This document shows positions 1 through 13,558 of a stretch of DNA of 64,000 nucleotides, one piece after another. Both the position numbers and the translations under genes were made by a program. Source of the DNA: Octopus bimaculoides (taxonomy: Eukaryota); contig NC_068982.1 in NCBI RefSeq assembly GCF_001194135.2, positions 122,726,007 to 122,790,006 on the forward strand. The letters run 5' to 3'. The notes below the pieces were generated by a model. The model made no database searches. It had not been told where the DNA came from and saw only the letters and a list, made by a program, of their open reading frames with translations. Within the stretch, counting starts at the first letter, position 1. Each line of letters opens with the position of its first letter.

Positions 1-880
1 AATTTGTGGTAAGTTTTAGTATTTTGTTTTTAATGTATGTTTTCAATAATAATTTGAATGCTATGTTTCTCAAGAACTTTTTTTATTGTTTGTTTCAAAA
101 TAACATTTATCTAACCATGTTGTTGTAAATGCTTATATTGTTTGTTGCCTTGTTTGATGCATCTTAATGTGATATATGCATTATATTGTGGGATTACTAA
201 AAACAGTGCATTCATATTAGTTCTGTGTATATATATATATATATATATATAATTTGTTTGAATAATTGATAACTTGTATGACATTTCATTTTTTTATGTT
301 TTTCTTTCTGCTTTTCATTACTAAATATTCTTGGAATAGTTATTAATTAATACAATACAATTTATTAATATTTATTACAATATATAAATAACATATATAA
401 AAAAATGGTGATTTCTTGCACAAATAGAAGACCAGAGTAATTAAGAAATTTTGATATAACTTGATTTTATATTTGTTGCTAAACTGATGAAATAACTTTT
501 CAGTTAATTTTGATTTTTGATTGAAAAATAAAATTATAAATTTTTGTTTAAACTATTGAATCTTCAACTCCAAAATTTTTATGTTGACAGATTTTTACAC
601 AAACACTGAAAGGGGATAAAAATGTACAAAAAAAAATAATGGTCTCAGTGTTTTATTGTATAGAGTATTGCTTGCAAATTTTATAAAAACAATTCTCTAC
701 CTTCAAATTAATACTGAGCAATTACGTTTGATATTAATTCATTTATTTCTTTTATCGACTCTCCATATAACTGAATATGTTTATATATCCACCAACTGAA
801 GAATGTCAACAGGATTGTAAATATTCTGATTCTTTTATCTTTGTTTGTTGGGTGGTACAATGTTTTTATTCCTCTTTCAG

Positions 881-904
881 TCATATCTTTGACTTCAGCT
901 CTCG
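881..904 (+). CDS. unc80: Candidate 24-nt microexon of unc80 (phase 1/1; x-ISLTSAL-x)
   Basis: Pyrimidine tract TTTTTATTCCTCTTTCAG|, then TC ATA TCT TTG ACT TCA GCT CTC G, then consensus donor |GTGAGT. Length is a multiple of 3 and the phase is compatible with the exon at 21721. No homology support. Confidence 0.6.
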
Positions 905-2469
905 GTGAGTAAGCTCATAGCTTTTAAATATTGTCCCTAATGCATATGTCTAGTAAGAAAATAGGGGCTAAACTTTTCTTTAATATCACACAGACACTCA
1001 GTACATGACTCACATTTAGAAAATTTGATGAATTCACATTATTGTATGTATTATACACCTAACAGCCACATACAGTAATATATTGATGATGATGAAAATA
1101 ATGAATGTAGATTATAGACAGTATAATTTGAAGATAATTGTATACATTGAAAATATACAAGTATTTGTTTGGTTATGCAAAGAAAACACTCAGTAATAAT
1201 AACAATATTTGACATAATAATAACATCATTAACATTAATATCAACACTAATAATAATTGTAACAATGATGAAAATAATAGAATTAATAGCAATAATAATA
1301 ATTCTATTGTTTCAATTAGGAACACTACATTAGATTTGCTGTAAAAGTGAAATGCAAAGTTTCCCAAAAACTTATCAAAAAATATCACTCCCAAAATTCA
1401 AAATAAATCAGAGAATAAAAATTAATTTATAGTCTTAGTTTACACTAATTCAAATTATATATTGTGTATGACTGGTATGCAAAAAATATGATACATTGCA
1501 GACCTATCCAACCTATGCTATCATACAAAATCATTATCATTATTTCATCAAATTTATAATTTTGCTGAAACATGCAATTCATATATAAAAATAAAATAGC
1601 AAAATTTTAAGCAAAATAATTTTAAAATTGGTTATAGAATGTAAAGAATATAGTTGTATAATTGTAATACCCTGGTATTACAAAATAATTTTAATACAAC
1701 ATCACATCTATGTTTTAATGACTACACTTTACTCTACCAAGGTGCAACTGTTTTAGTCCTAACATAAAATCTTTGATCAAAATCACTTGGTTGTTCAATT
1801 GATAGAGTTTCATGTTTTCTTGGGAGTGATAGCTACCAAATTGTTTTAAAACTAAGTTCAAAATATTCTTTTTTTAATCTATATGCATTTAAACAGTAGT
1901 ACTAAACTATCATGGTGTGTCACACTCCAGAAACTTCATTCTAAAGAAGAAACTTTTTACTTACAATTAAGTGCTAGTCAAGAAAGTATATTTTTAGTTT
2001 CCATTGTGTTCTCTTTTTTAAAAAAATCATTAAAATCATTGAAATTAAGAACAGAATTTCTTCTTATGTTCTGAAATCTTATAAATAATATTAGGTATAT
2101 TCTGTTACTAGTTGTCACATTTTATTCATTTTTATTTGAATATTTTTTAAGTTGAAATGTTATATCCATGTAACTCAAAACAGTTGTAAAGAACACATGT
2201 GTACAATTGCACTATTTCTTTCATTGTTTTCAAAACATATCAAGAAGATAAAATCTTTATGAGATTGACATTGTAATTAACTAAATATATTCATAAATTT
2301 ACAACAGGTTACAAAAAAAAAAAAAATGGCAGAACATTAAGCTTTGAAATACATTCAATAAAAATTCAGGTAAATGAAATTTGACTTATTGTTAAAAGGG
2401 TCAATTCACAGATATTAATAGTAGTTAAGATATACGTTTTTTTAAAGTGATAACTGCTTCATCTTTGAT

Positions 2470-2884
2470 CAGTGGTTCTTAACTGAAAGTGGTCTGTTTT
2501 GATGTTCTAGCATTTTTAAACCAGACTGTGTAGAGCATATCTACCGCTGTTGCACTGCACAAGTTCGCTTTGTTTGACATAACCCTAACCCAAGATGCAT
2601 ACCTTTAACAATATGTGTTACAAGGGAACCATGCATTCATTGCACTATTGTCATAGCCTCCAACCTTTTTTTGCACAGTCTGGTTTCATGCAAGACAATT
2701 TTTCCAGACTGGGGCATCATATGCAGAACAAACCATAAAAAAGTGCACAATATACAATTTAATTATTACATATATAATACATATATAATGTAAAAGCACC
2801 CTGCATACTATAATATTCAATAAAACAGAAATAACATTTTAAAATTTTATTCTTTCTATGTAGCACAGTGGTTGAAGACCTCTG
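2470..2884. mobile_element. Possible degenerate hAT-type MITE
   Basis: Ends CAGTGGTTCTTAAC ... GTTGAAGACCTCTG form an imperfect inverted pair resembling Charlie-type TIRs; no 8-bp TSD found. Confidence 0.3.
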
Positions 2885-5400
2885 TGTTATTAGAATTTGT
2901 TAACTGAGCCAAGTATCTGATGAACTCATTACTCAAAACTGCATTTAAAATATGAAGGAAATCTTAAATTGAAATATTAGACTGCATTAAGCACCCCATC
3001 AATACTGATGGTAAATAACAAAGTAAATTTATTCTAAGTTAATATTTCTTATATTGTTATCTTAATTGTTGAGATTTCTATTATTCATTCATAAAAAGAA
3101 ATATCTGCTTTCTAAATTTATGAATTTATCATCCATAGAATTAGACTGTATGCAGTACAATATTTCTAGTAATGTTTAAGTTCTTTTTAATTCACATTCT
3201 AAATGGGTTTTGAACATCACTATTTTCCTCCAAAGAGGAAGAACTGTACCCAAAGCTCACAGTATAGACTTCTACAAATTGGCTTGGTATCACCTTAACT
3301 TTCATAACTTGTCAGTAATTAGTACTTGCACTCTCATTTGCCATAGTTAATGTATATGTTTACTGGAATTGTCCTTAATTCCAACTTTCCATCTTAGTAA
3401 ATTCCATTGTTCCATGCTTGCCATTTACAGTAGAGTTACTGAAAACAGGGCAGGCTCTACTAATTCTTTAACCCAGCAAGTCATAGCTGATTTAATACAA
3501 CAAAATTACAAAAACAGAAAAAGCTAATAAAATAATATAATGCTCTATAACCATGTGGCCATAGTCCTAAGATATTACTTTGTCAACTCATGAGGCAATT
3601 TTCTCTCTCCTTGTTCATTATATAACCATACTGCATTCTATGTCATTTGGCATATAAACACACCTTTCAGTCTGTATAGATTTATGAGTGCATTTGTATA
3701 CTATTTGTTTTCAGTGCAATGGGTTAAAAAAATTTTTTTTTAAATACTAATAATTCTTTTTCATTTATTTTGTTCTGTTTGTCATCACTTAGCAATATTC
3801 ACTACAGTTACTAAAATTCATTTTCATAACTTACTGTCTTTCACTTTAATTAGCATCACTATTTATTAAATATCTGATTTAATTTTGTATGATATTAGCT
3901 GGTAGAATTTATGATTAGAAAGTATATTATTACAAACCTAATAAATGTAAATATTTTATATGGGGCAGGACTCAACATTTTTCCTTTTAAGTTCTCAAAG
4001 TATACACTCAGAGGTTTCAGAATGTTTGAAATGTATAGCACAAATAGAACAAAAACTATGATGAGATTCCAAAATGCCTGGTTATTATAACTTGTCCGAA
4101 GTTCTAAACATGTGATCCCAAGATAAGTTGAAAATTTGCAGTAAGCAGTGTTCTGCACAAGTCACATGTTTCTGCTTGCATTTATAGCTAAATCTGAAAA
4201 TAAGTTCTCATCCTATTTAATAAGACTGTCGAGTTGGTTTTAGGAAATGCATCAGTTTCAATATCTCATGCAAATGTGAATTTTCAGCTGGGAAGGGCAT
4301 CCAAGTATTGAAACCATGCTGCCAACCCTTACCAGTTTTTAAGTAAGGTACTTTATTCCACTTGTCATCACACATTGAACTGCTGGGCTGTGTGAGTTAT
4401 TGTTTATGGAGGGCATAAGCAAAAATTACTGCTGCTCAAACAATATAATATGAAGATATATGGGGACACACACGACAGCATGATAAGGAATATGTAAAAT
4501 GATGATGCCTTTATATGCATGTATGTGTGTATGTTTGTGTGTGTGGGAGAGAAACATCCTATTTCATCACTAAAAATACAATAATTTACAATATTTTATG
4601 TATCACAGTTCCACAATATTTCTAATCAAGGTATAAGTTCAAAGTTATGGTTAAAATATATAAAATAACTATTGAAATTTGGTAGGACCACTGAAGTTAA
4701 AAACAATGAAATAATATGAAATAAATAATAGTATATAATATATAAGCACACATAAAAATATTATGAAACCATTAATAAAATGAGAAAAAATACATATGAT
4801 ATTTTGATTAAACAAAATTCTTCATATTTTCCTAAAATTTCTACTTCTTGCTTCAGCAACAGTATATTTTCATAGCAGCTAGATTCTTTTTCTTTTCCTT
4901 TTTTTCATGTACTTTTAGACCATTTTGTTTTTCAATTGTCTAATATCTGCTTATGTCTGGCTAAATTTAAATGCGAGTTTTATTTTTTGCATTATTTTTG
5001 TCATTTAAAATAAAACAAACAGAACAAAATAATTGCCTTTTTTTATATTATAAACTTTGAGTTTTAGTTTCAGAGAATAATTTATTTGTAGTTGTTTGTG
5101 TGTGTGCATTCATGCATGTGTTTTGTATGTGTAGATGAGCATATGAATTACTGTGTGTGCACATGTATGAGTGTACAATGTGTGTTGTATACACAAGTAT
5201 GAGTGCAAATGTATGAAAGTATTATCTTGTATGTGTATGTGTGTGCATTATTTCATTATGATTAAAATCTGCCTAAATTTAATTTGTCTTCTGTATAATA
5301 GCCACTTCAGTAAATATTTCTGAAGCAGAAGTTTTTTAAATGTTTAACCAAAGTTTATTGATTTAATGTTTAAAAACAAATAAAATACATATATATAATG

Positions 5401-5450
<50 letters not shown>

Positions 5451-5601
5451 AATATTTTTGTTTAAGAAAAATAAATTTGTACTCTACAAAAGTATAGAGT
5501 AACCCATCAGATTAATGTAAAATTATTTTTATTATAACTAAACATAGAAATAAACATTAACACAATATATCTATCTATCTATCTATTTATGTATATATGC
5601 A

Positions 5602-5635
<34 letters not shown>

Positions 5636-5647
5636 CATACATACATA

Positions 5648-6208
5648 CAGGGTGACCCCCAAAAAAACAGAACCCATAAAAATTTTATTAAATCCTACAA
5701 AAGTCCAGCAAATATCTTGAAATTTGTTGTACTTAAACTTTGGTCTGTGTACGATCATTCCCTTTGCCTAAAAGTCATGTTCTTTTCAAAATATGCTCCA
5801 GATGGCCTCCGCAGCACTGGAGGCTGATGATGCCATGCTTAAAGATTGCTACCCATGCTGTGCACTTTGTTGAGTGTAATGACCTCTGAAACACTTCCTT
5901 CAGTGCGGATGTACCCTAATAAACATTATTTTTGCTCTTTACATGTCTTGACAGCAAAAAATGCACTTCGTCAGAGAACCAAACATGATCCAAAAAGTCT
6001 GGATTATCTTCAATTGTCTCACAAAGCCATTCACACATGGTTATACGTTTTTCTATGCCTGCCTTTGTAAGTTTTTGCTTTATTTGGCTCTGGCAAAGAT
6101 ACAAATGAAGATCTGATTTAAGAAAAAAAAAGAATAAAAATTAAAATTAACAGATTTATTCAAAGATTTGTGGATTCTGTTTTTTTTTTTTTTTGGTGGG
6201 TCACCCTG
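5648..6208 (-). mobile_element. Internally deleted Tc1/mariner transposon (561 bp)
   Basis: TA|CAGGGTGACCC...AAACAGAACCCATAAA and TTTGTGGATTCTGTTT...GGGTCACCCTG|TA TIRs with TA TSD. Minus-strand remnant reads RITMCEWL...WFSDEVHFLLSRHV.SKNNVY and then jumps to the C-terminal CCGGHLEHIL. Confidence 0.9.
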
Positions 6209-7045
6209 TATATATATATATATATATATGTATATATAGATAAGTAAACAGATTTCCATAAGTTGTGATGATGAGTATTCAGTTGTTCAACAACTTATTT
6301 ATCTGTTCACTGAATTATAATCTAAGTCGCTGAGTATTCCATAGAAACATTTTTCCTTAACACAATCCTCAGACAGAGTCCCCATGACACAATGTGTAAC
6401 AAACTTGTACTTTTCAATTATAGATACAGTATCTGTCAGCCCAATGTCTTTCACAGGACCTGGGTTAACCTGATAGTAAAAGACACAAGATGCTACTCAG
6501 TGGAATCAAATCTTGGGTGTCATGATTACAAAGCAAACTTCATAACTGTGTGTGTGTGTTTGCTTATTTGTGTGTATGTGGGTGTGTATATATATATATA
6601 TATATATATNNNNNNNNNNNNNNNNNNNNNNNNNNNNNNNNNNNNNNNNNNNNNNNNNNNNNNNNNNNNNNNNNNNNNNNNNNNNNNNNNNNNNNNNNNN
6701 NNNNNNNNNNNNNNNNNNNNNNNNNNNNNNNNNNNNNNNNNNNNNNNNNNNNNNNNNNNNNNNNNNNNNNNNNNNNNNNNNNNNNNNNNNNNNNNNNNNN
6801 NNNNNNNNNNNNNNNNNNNNNNNNNNNNNNNNNNNNNNNNNNNNNNNNNNNNNNNNNNNNNNNNNNNNNNNNNNNNNNNNNNNNNNNNNNNNNNNNNNNN
6901 NNNNNNNNNNNNGTGCTCAGAGAAAATGTGGTAGGAAGCTATCTCTTTATTTATGTTGTAAATAAATAAGTAGCGGATTCAATTGATCTGGCAACTGGAT
7001 TATTCAATGATAAAACCAACAGAAAAGCTATTTAGATTTTCTCTT

Positions 7046-7076
<31 letters not shown>

Positions 7077-9078
7077 CGTGCGCGCGCGCGTGTGCGCATA
7101 GAATTTTTATGGCTGAATGTCAATGAAGTTCACTTCGTAACTTTACAGTTCTAGATTTGATGCTCTTGCATGACATCTTGGGCAAATGTAATTTTCCATG
7201 GCCTTGGGTCAACTCATACACTGTGAGTGAAATTTGGTTGACAGAAATAGAAGACCATTGGGTAAATTGCATATACCATTCAAAAGGTACAGCCTTGTGA
7301 CACTATGTCAAGCTGGTTATGTCTCAGAATTTTGATAAAGCCACATATGACTGTGGAAAGCTTAATCACTTATATATTAATTCAGGAGCAGATAATTCAG
7401 TTGCTCAAACAATGGAGATCCACCAGTACCATATATGTGCATGCATTTATCTATCTATCTACTATACATACATATTTACATGTGTATTACATATATGTGC
7501 TCATGTGTGTGCATATTATGCTCATCAGAGTTTGCCACTTTTTCTAAAAAATTGTAATTTTCATATATTTGATATTACTATTTTGCTTCAGTTAAAAGCT
7601 ATTAAACATTTTTCTCTTCCATTTACTAAAATTATTCAATTTTTATTGATTTTTTCTCTCCTTTCCGTTCAAATTCTTGCAAAATATTTATTACCAACTT
7701 TATTTCATCTACTAAATGTATTTAGTTTCTCAGAAGAATTAATCTTTCATGGAAATCTTTATTAAATAATATTATGTATGCCAGTAATTATAGGTTGCTT
7801 TGAAGTAGCAGATATTAAATATTGCTGACTAATTATAAATATGGTGATAAATCTTATAGATAAATATGGTGATAGATCTTATAGAAGTATGTAATTAAAG
7901 ATGAGTTCATTTTGTCATCTGTATATGATTGTTTATGTATGTGTTTTGGTTATGTACTTCAATCTTGCTGTTGTTTTTCTATGTTAATATGAGCAGAAAA
8001 GCATTATCTCAAATTGCCTTAAACATGAAAAGTATTAAATGCAGTACTGTGTAACTTCTCAATGCACTGTTCTATTCTTCAATCTTTAGCCTTTGGATTT
8101 AATTTACAATTTCTCAGAATTATTATTGTTATAATCAATTAGTTAAAATTTCTGTAAGGAAAGAAAACTTAGTTCATAGGATATTTGCAAGTGTAAAATA
8201 TTGGCTCAAAGAATTTTTTTATACAAAGATTTTTTTTTTTTTTTTTGCCATACCTCACTTTTCATGTACTCTTGGGGAAGCCATTCTACCTGGCATCAAA
8301 CCTTATGAAATAATCACTGCTCTCAGACATTATCTTATTATTATTAATTACTGACATTTTCATAATAATTTATATAATGAAGATACCATGAAAGATTATT
8401 TATACTTTACAAAGTCCTAGGATTATTTACATATATTGTTCTATTTTGTAATAATTCTTCAGTATTAATTTGAAACTGTATTTTCTTTTAAATCATTCTT
8501 TGTGTCATAGAGGGAATCCAATTGGTGTAGTACTATGTAACTTATGGCATCTAATCTTGGTTTTCAGTTTATATTCCTGCCTTTTATCATCATCATTTAA
8601 CATCTGTTTTTCATTCTGGCATGGGTTAAATATATTCTCTTTTCAGCATCAATAAATTAGACAACCAGAGTAAAGATTAAAATTCATTCATTCCCCACTC
8701 ACTGCCTTGAATAAAATTCAACTTGAAGAATCATGCTTATAATGATTAAGATTGTGATGTTTACATAATTTTTCTCTATTTAAATTCTAAATAATTTCTT
8801 TCATTAGCTTTCATGAAGGTTTAAAATCAAATTGATAATAATTCAATATATAATTGTTATTCTGTAATATTTTTCCCTGTCATTTAATATTGGGTTACTA
8901 GATAAATTTATCATTTTAAAATTCTTTTTGCCATTTATTTTGATCCTTTCCATTGTTATTTGAATTTACATGGAAAATATTTTTATTTTAGTGTTTTATG
9001 GGTTTCTATAGCTTTATTCTTCCTCTGCAACTTTTGTTTATTGTCTGTGAAATTTGTATAAATTTTACCTCTTTTTAG

Positions 9079-9114
9079 ACATATATGACAGTGGAGTGCT
9101 AAGTAGAAAAAAGG
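9079..9114 (+). CDS. unc80: Candidate 36-nt cassette exon of unc80 (phase 1/1; DIYDSGVLSRKK)
   Basis: TTTTACCTCTTTTTAG|AC ATA TAT GAC AGT GGA GTG CTA AGT AGA AAA AAG G|GTACAA. Open in the phase-1 frame and more purine/GC-rich than its flanks; the donor is only moderate. Confidence 0.45.
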
Positions 9115-9880
9115 GTACAAATTTATCTGACAACCCAATATTTATCATTCTCTTATCAGTAAATTCTAAATTTCAAGTAAACAATTTGATTCATAACTTA
9201 TTCTAGTGTATTTCTCACATCATTGAATTTTCTTATCCAACTCCTGTCAGCTAGCAAAATTAACTGAACGCAACACAGTCAGCTGAGTTCAGGATTACCT
9301 ACTGAGATGCTAGTGGTCTTATATCTTGTTAACAAAGTGTTTCATTACCAGAGCTTAGATGGATGAGATAAAATAGAGAACTCTACCATCCCCATCCCTG
9401 TAATTAGATAATAATTTATAACATAGGCATCATCATCAGCAACAGCATTTTATGTCTGATTTTCCATGCTGACATAAGTCAGAAGGTTTTTCTGCATTAG
9501 TGTTTTATAGCTGGATATCAACACATTTAGTCACCTCTTGTGACATGCAGGAACATAATATATATCCATTCTAAAATGGGTATATACATGGTGAGATTTG
9601 TAACATTGGAAAATAGATGAAAAATAAAATTCATGATGTTCATCCCATTCCCAAGGATATTAGTGATATATGGGAAGGGAAATGAGGTAAGCTGGTATCA
9701 AAATCAAGTCACAGGCTCAACTTGTCAATTACTTATACCTACTTTAGAGTGTTTAGTAGGCAACAATACTATTGTATATGAAATTACTAAAAGCAAAAGA
9801 AGAAAAGGGAATGAAATAAAAAGCATTCACTTTTTAGAATTGTGTAAGAAAGTATAATTGTAGTGAAAATAAGTCATTTA

Positions 9881-10100
9881 CCCTTTAGCGTTTAAACCAG
9901 CCATATCTGGCTCAAATATTCTACTTGTTTTATGTTCAAACTGACCACATTCAACCTTTGACACATACTTTACAATGTCATTCTGAAAATAAGCAATCAC
10001 ATCACTGAAATCTCAAAGCTACGAAATAATGCTTAATTAATTCCAAACAATGTGAATAAATAAGCATTACTTTTGATAGAGTAATCTTAATGCACAAGGG
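9881..10100. mobile_element. piggyBac-like MITE, family 2 (degenerate)
   Basis: CCCTTTAGCGTTTAAA ... AATGCACAAGGG ends; internally similar to the copy at 41966-42186. Confidence 0.6.
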
Positions 10101-10496
10101 GTCCCACCAAAGGTTTCATCTTTATATTTTGTACTGAGAACAAGTCAATTTGGTAGAGCCCATTCTTCCATAATCTATAGTAATCTATTGTCACATTTGC
10201 AACCTAATAAAATACTTGTCAGTTATTCAGGGTTACTTAGCGTAGGATTTTTCATAAAGGGGAGGGGCTGTGAAAATTGAAGAGGGGGCAACATATTACT
10301 ATATTTGATAAAATTAAGATGGCTTCCAACTGCCTAAACATATCAATCACCATGATGAAGGAAGAAGAATTATAAGGAGACAAACTCTATTTTGTCTTCT
10401 AAATTAATAAAGAGTTGAAGGATGCCAAAATATTTCATTACCATATCTATGATTGCAAACCATTGGCTGAGAGTATTGGAATTAATCTCAACATAG

Positions 10497-10860
10497 ATGC
10501 AAGTGTGGCTGCGTGGTAAAAAATTTGTTTCTCAACCATGTAGTTCTGGGTTCAGTCCTACTGTATAGCACCATGGGCAAATGCCTTCTACTATAGCTTT
10601 GGGTCAAGCAAAGCCTTCTTAGTGGATTTGGTTGACGGAGCCTGAAAGAAGCCCTTTGTATATATACATGTGTGTGTGTGTCTTTGCATCTGTGATTATC
10701 TACCACAACCACTTGACAACACCTGGTGTTAGTTTGTTTATATCCCTCTAACTAGTAGCTGGGGAAAAGAGACCAATAGACTAAGTACTATGTTTTTAAA
10801 AAAATGCACTGGAGTCGATTTGTTTGACCAAAAGCTTTTCAAGGCCATGCCTCACCACAT
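10497..10860 (+). mobile_element. tRNA-derived SINE, family A
   Basis: Head GTGGCTGCGTGGTAA...GGGTTCAGTCC, core GGGCAAATGCCTTCTACTATAGC...GTGGATTTGGTTGACGG..TGAAAGAAGCC, TG microsatellite, and a tail shared with the copies at 17016 and 55225. Confidence 0.75.
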
Positions 10861-10869
10861 ATAACTAAA

Positions 10870-11190
10870 GGTACTCTCTTAAGTTTGAGAAAGGCAATTG
10901 TTTTGCATGGTAGTTGCACAGTACAAAAACCTGTGCACGAAAATATAGTGAGGAAGCCTTGGCTCAGAGAGTCCCACTCTCTTGGCCTCAGAAGTCAGGG
11001 TCCACTTAGCACAAAGATTGTTATGAATGGTGACCTCTCCGATTGCAGGAGTTACGAACCAATAGACTGGTAAAGACCCCTTCATTGCTTTAGGATCTCC
11101 AGCTCCAGATTTCTTCACTGGGTTAACTCTCATAGCCATTTTCATGATTAAGTTTAGCTGCAAGGCAGTGGAGGTTTTAATTTTTAGCAC
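10870..11190 (-). mobile_element. Possible 5-prime remnant of an RTE-like retroelement
   Basis: GC-richer island; the minus strand GTGAAGAAATCTGGAGCTGGAG...AACTCCTGC...GAGGCCAAGAGAG recalls RTE 5-prime regions. No convincing protein motif. Confidence 0.25.
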
Positions 11191-11804
11191 GTTTAGGTGC
11201 ATCATGTTGTCATATGAGTTTTCTCCCCTTAGCTGCAGGTGAATTGAGTCGCATTAAAAGGAGAGAAAACTCATATGGCAACATTATGTGCATAAAGTGT
11301 ACAAAAGGTTAAGTCAAAGTTTTCCTTATAATCTATAATTATAATCTTCAGAAGTTATGAAGCATAATTGCCTATTTATTCCATTAGAGTCCCTTAAGAA
11401 CAAATGTTCATGTGACTCTGTCTAAAAGTTAATAATCTTTAAAGTTTTAGGATTAAATCTTTCTCTTTTCATTGATGCAGTTTTAAATATTTTTTCAAAG
11501 ACTCACTTCATTTTTTAACCTTTTTCATTTGTCTTTTCCATGTTTCTTCTCACATTTTTTCCATTGAATAATTGTGTAAATTTCTAAATAATCTAGGACT
11601 ATTTTTTTTTTAAACTTTCCTGAATTAAACATAATACCTAAGGGATTTTTTAAAATTCAGATGCTTATCTTTTGTTAAACTATCTGATCTTTTATTATTG
11701 TTGTTGTTATTTTTATTAATATTGTTATGTTCATTCATTGATATCTTCTCAATATTTGCATTAAACTTCTTATTTAAATAAATGCACTGCTCAGGCAACC
11801 AAGT

Positions 11805-11950
11805 GGAACCATGTGGCCTAGTAGTTAGGGGTGTTTGGCTCATAAAATCATAAGATTGTGAGTTCAACTTCAGAACCAGGCAGCATTTTTTATTCTTGAG
11901 CAAGGCATTTCATTTCACATTGCTCCTATCTTTTCAACTGTAAAGAATAC
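11805..11950 (+). mobile_element. tRNA-derived SINE, family D, head
   Basis: TGTGGCCTAGTAGTTAGGG (A box-like), GAGTTCAACTTC (B box-like), then TTCTTGAGCAAGGCATTTCATTTCACATTGCTCC; similar to 56318. Confidence 0.55.
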
Positions 11951-13521
11951 CAGCTGGGCATTGATGCACCCCACACACTCTCTCTCTCTCTCTCTCTCCA
12001 GCTGTCTCATCCTAGTTGTTCCACTGGATTAAGTGTGTGAGTCTACAGAAGATGGTTATGTCTACTAACAGTCACTTAATTACCTAAAAACGCAATTAAC
12101 TAAAGCATAGTACATATTACCAAGCCTTACTTGCTTATAAGTATGGATTGGTAACATGTATTATATTGGTTGTACTTTTTTTTCAGTCAACAATATAACA
12201 CTTATGTTCCCAGTATTTTCTTTTCAGTTTCTTCAATGTTTTGGTGACTGTACATAATAACATATGACCTATTTCATGGTATCAAAATAGTTTATCTCCT
12301 TCAAAGTTTTGGGGATCATTACTCAAGGTTTCTAATGATAGTTCAAAACTTTTTGAAATGAAATACATCAAATATTAAAAATCTTGTGTCAGTATTCTTT
12401 ACTGTGTTTTGATGTCTTTTTTTCATCAACCAGAATTTATTTACATTTCATATTAAAACTTTTCTGTAATTATATATGTAGCAAATATACTCTTTTTAAA
12501 TATAAGTTCTTAATAGTTTTTAAAAATACTTTTTGTAAATTATGTAAAAAACTTGAACATTCACATCTTATCTATTTGCTGCATTTCTTTTATTATTTCT
12601 TTTCTATGCCTCATTAATATTATTGCTAATCATGGTTATTGATTTTATATATAGATGTGTCTATATATGTGAAATTTGTAAGTGTTTCTATGCTTTGTAC
12701 TGAAAAGTAATCTGACATTTTGAAAATATCCCCTACCTCTCTGAAGGAACAAATATGAAACAAAAGATTTTTCATCTTCCCACAGTGTACATAATTATCT
12801 AAGCATACCAGTTTCAAACCTTCACTATACATTAATATATGCATATATATAAATGTTGCTGTATATGTTTTTGTGTGTTTATATATATATATGTAGACAA
12901 GCATGTTATTCACAAACTAAAATAAACATTGCTCATGTAGGTTTTATCCTTTATAAAGAGAGAATAATACATTCCAACATCATCTCATCCTGAAGATGAG
13001 CCTATGATGGTCTGGAAATGTTGATGTTGGATGTAGGGACTTTTCTGTTCCAAATAAATTGCAAGGAATTCATATGAAATATGAAAAACAGGGATTTTGG
13101 TAAAACAATAAAATTAGAAAATAGTCACATTTCTACATATACCCCCAAAAACTTGTTCACTTTTTATACATACACATACACACACATACACACACACACA
13201 AACACTGTGTGTATGTATGTGTATATNNNNNNNNNNNNNNNNNNNNNNNNNNNNNNNNNNNNNNNNNNNNNNNNNNNNNNNNNNNNNNNNNNNNNNNNNN
13301 NNNNNNNNNNNNNNNNNNNNNNNNNNNNNNNNNNNNNNNNNNNNNNNNNNNNNNNNNNNNNNNNNNNNNNNNNNNNNNNNNNNNNNNNNNNNNNNNNNNN
13401 NNNNNNNNNNNNNNNNNNNNNNNNNNNNNNNNNNNNNNNNNNNNNNNNNNNNNNNNNNNNNNNNNNNNNNNNNNNNNNNNNNNNNNNNNNNNNNNNNNNN
13501 NNNNNNNNNNNNNNNNNNNNN

Positions 13522-13558
<37 letters not shown>

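Noticed and set aside
2308-2369. Possible exon CAG|GTTACA14...CAG|GTAAAT
   Set aside because: No pyrimidine tract, contains a poly-A run, and 62 nt is not frame-preserving.
3139-3168. 30-nt phase-1/1 open segment (ELDCMQYNIS)
   Set aside because: Poor pyrimidine tract and weak CTA|GTAATG donor; expected by chance in AT-rich DNA.
3895-4158. Minus-strand ORF containing MLSPAPY, reminiscent of an UNC80 motif
   Set aside because: Wrong strand for the gene, and the surrounding sequence has no similarity; coincidence.
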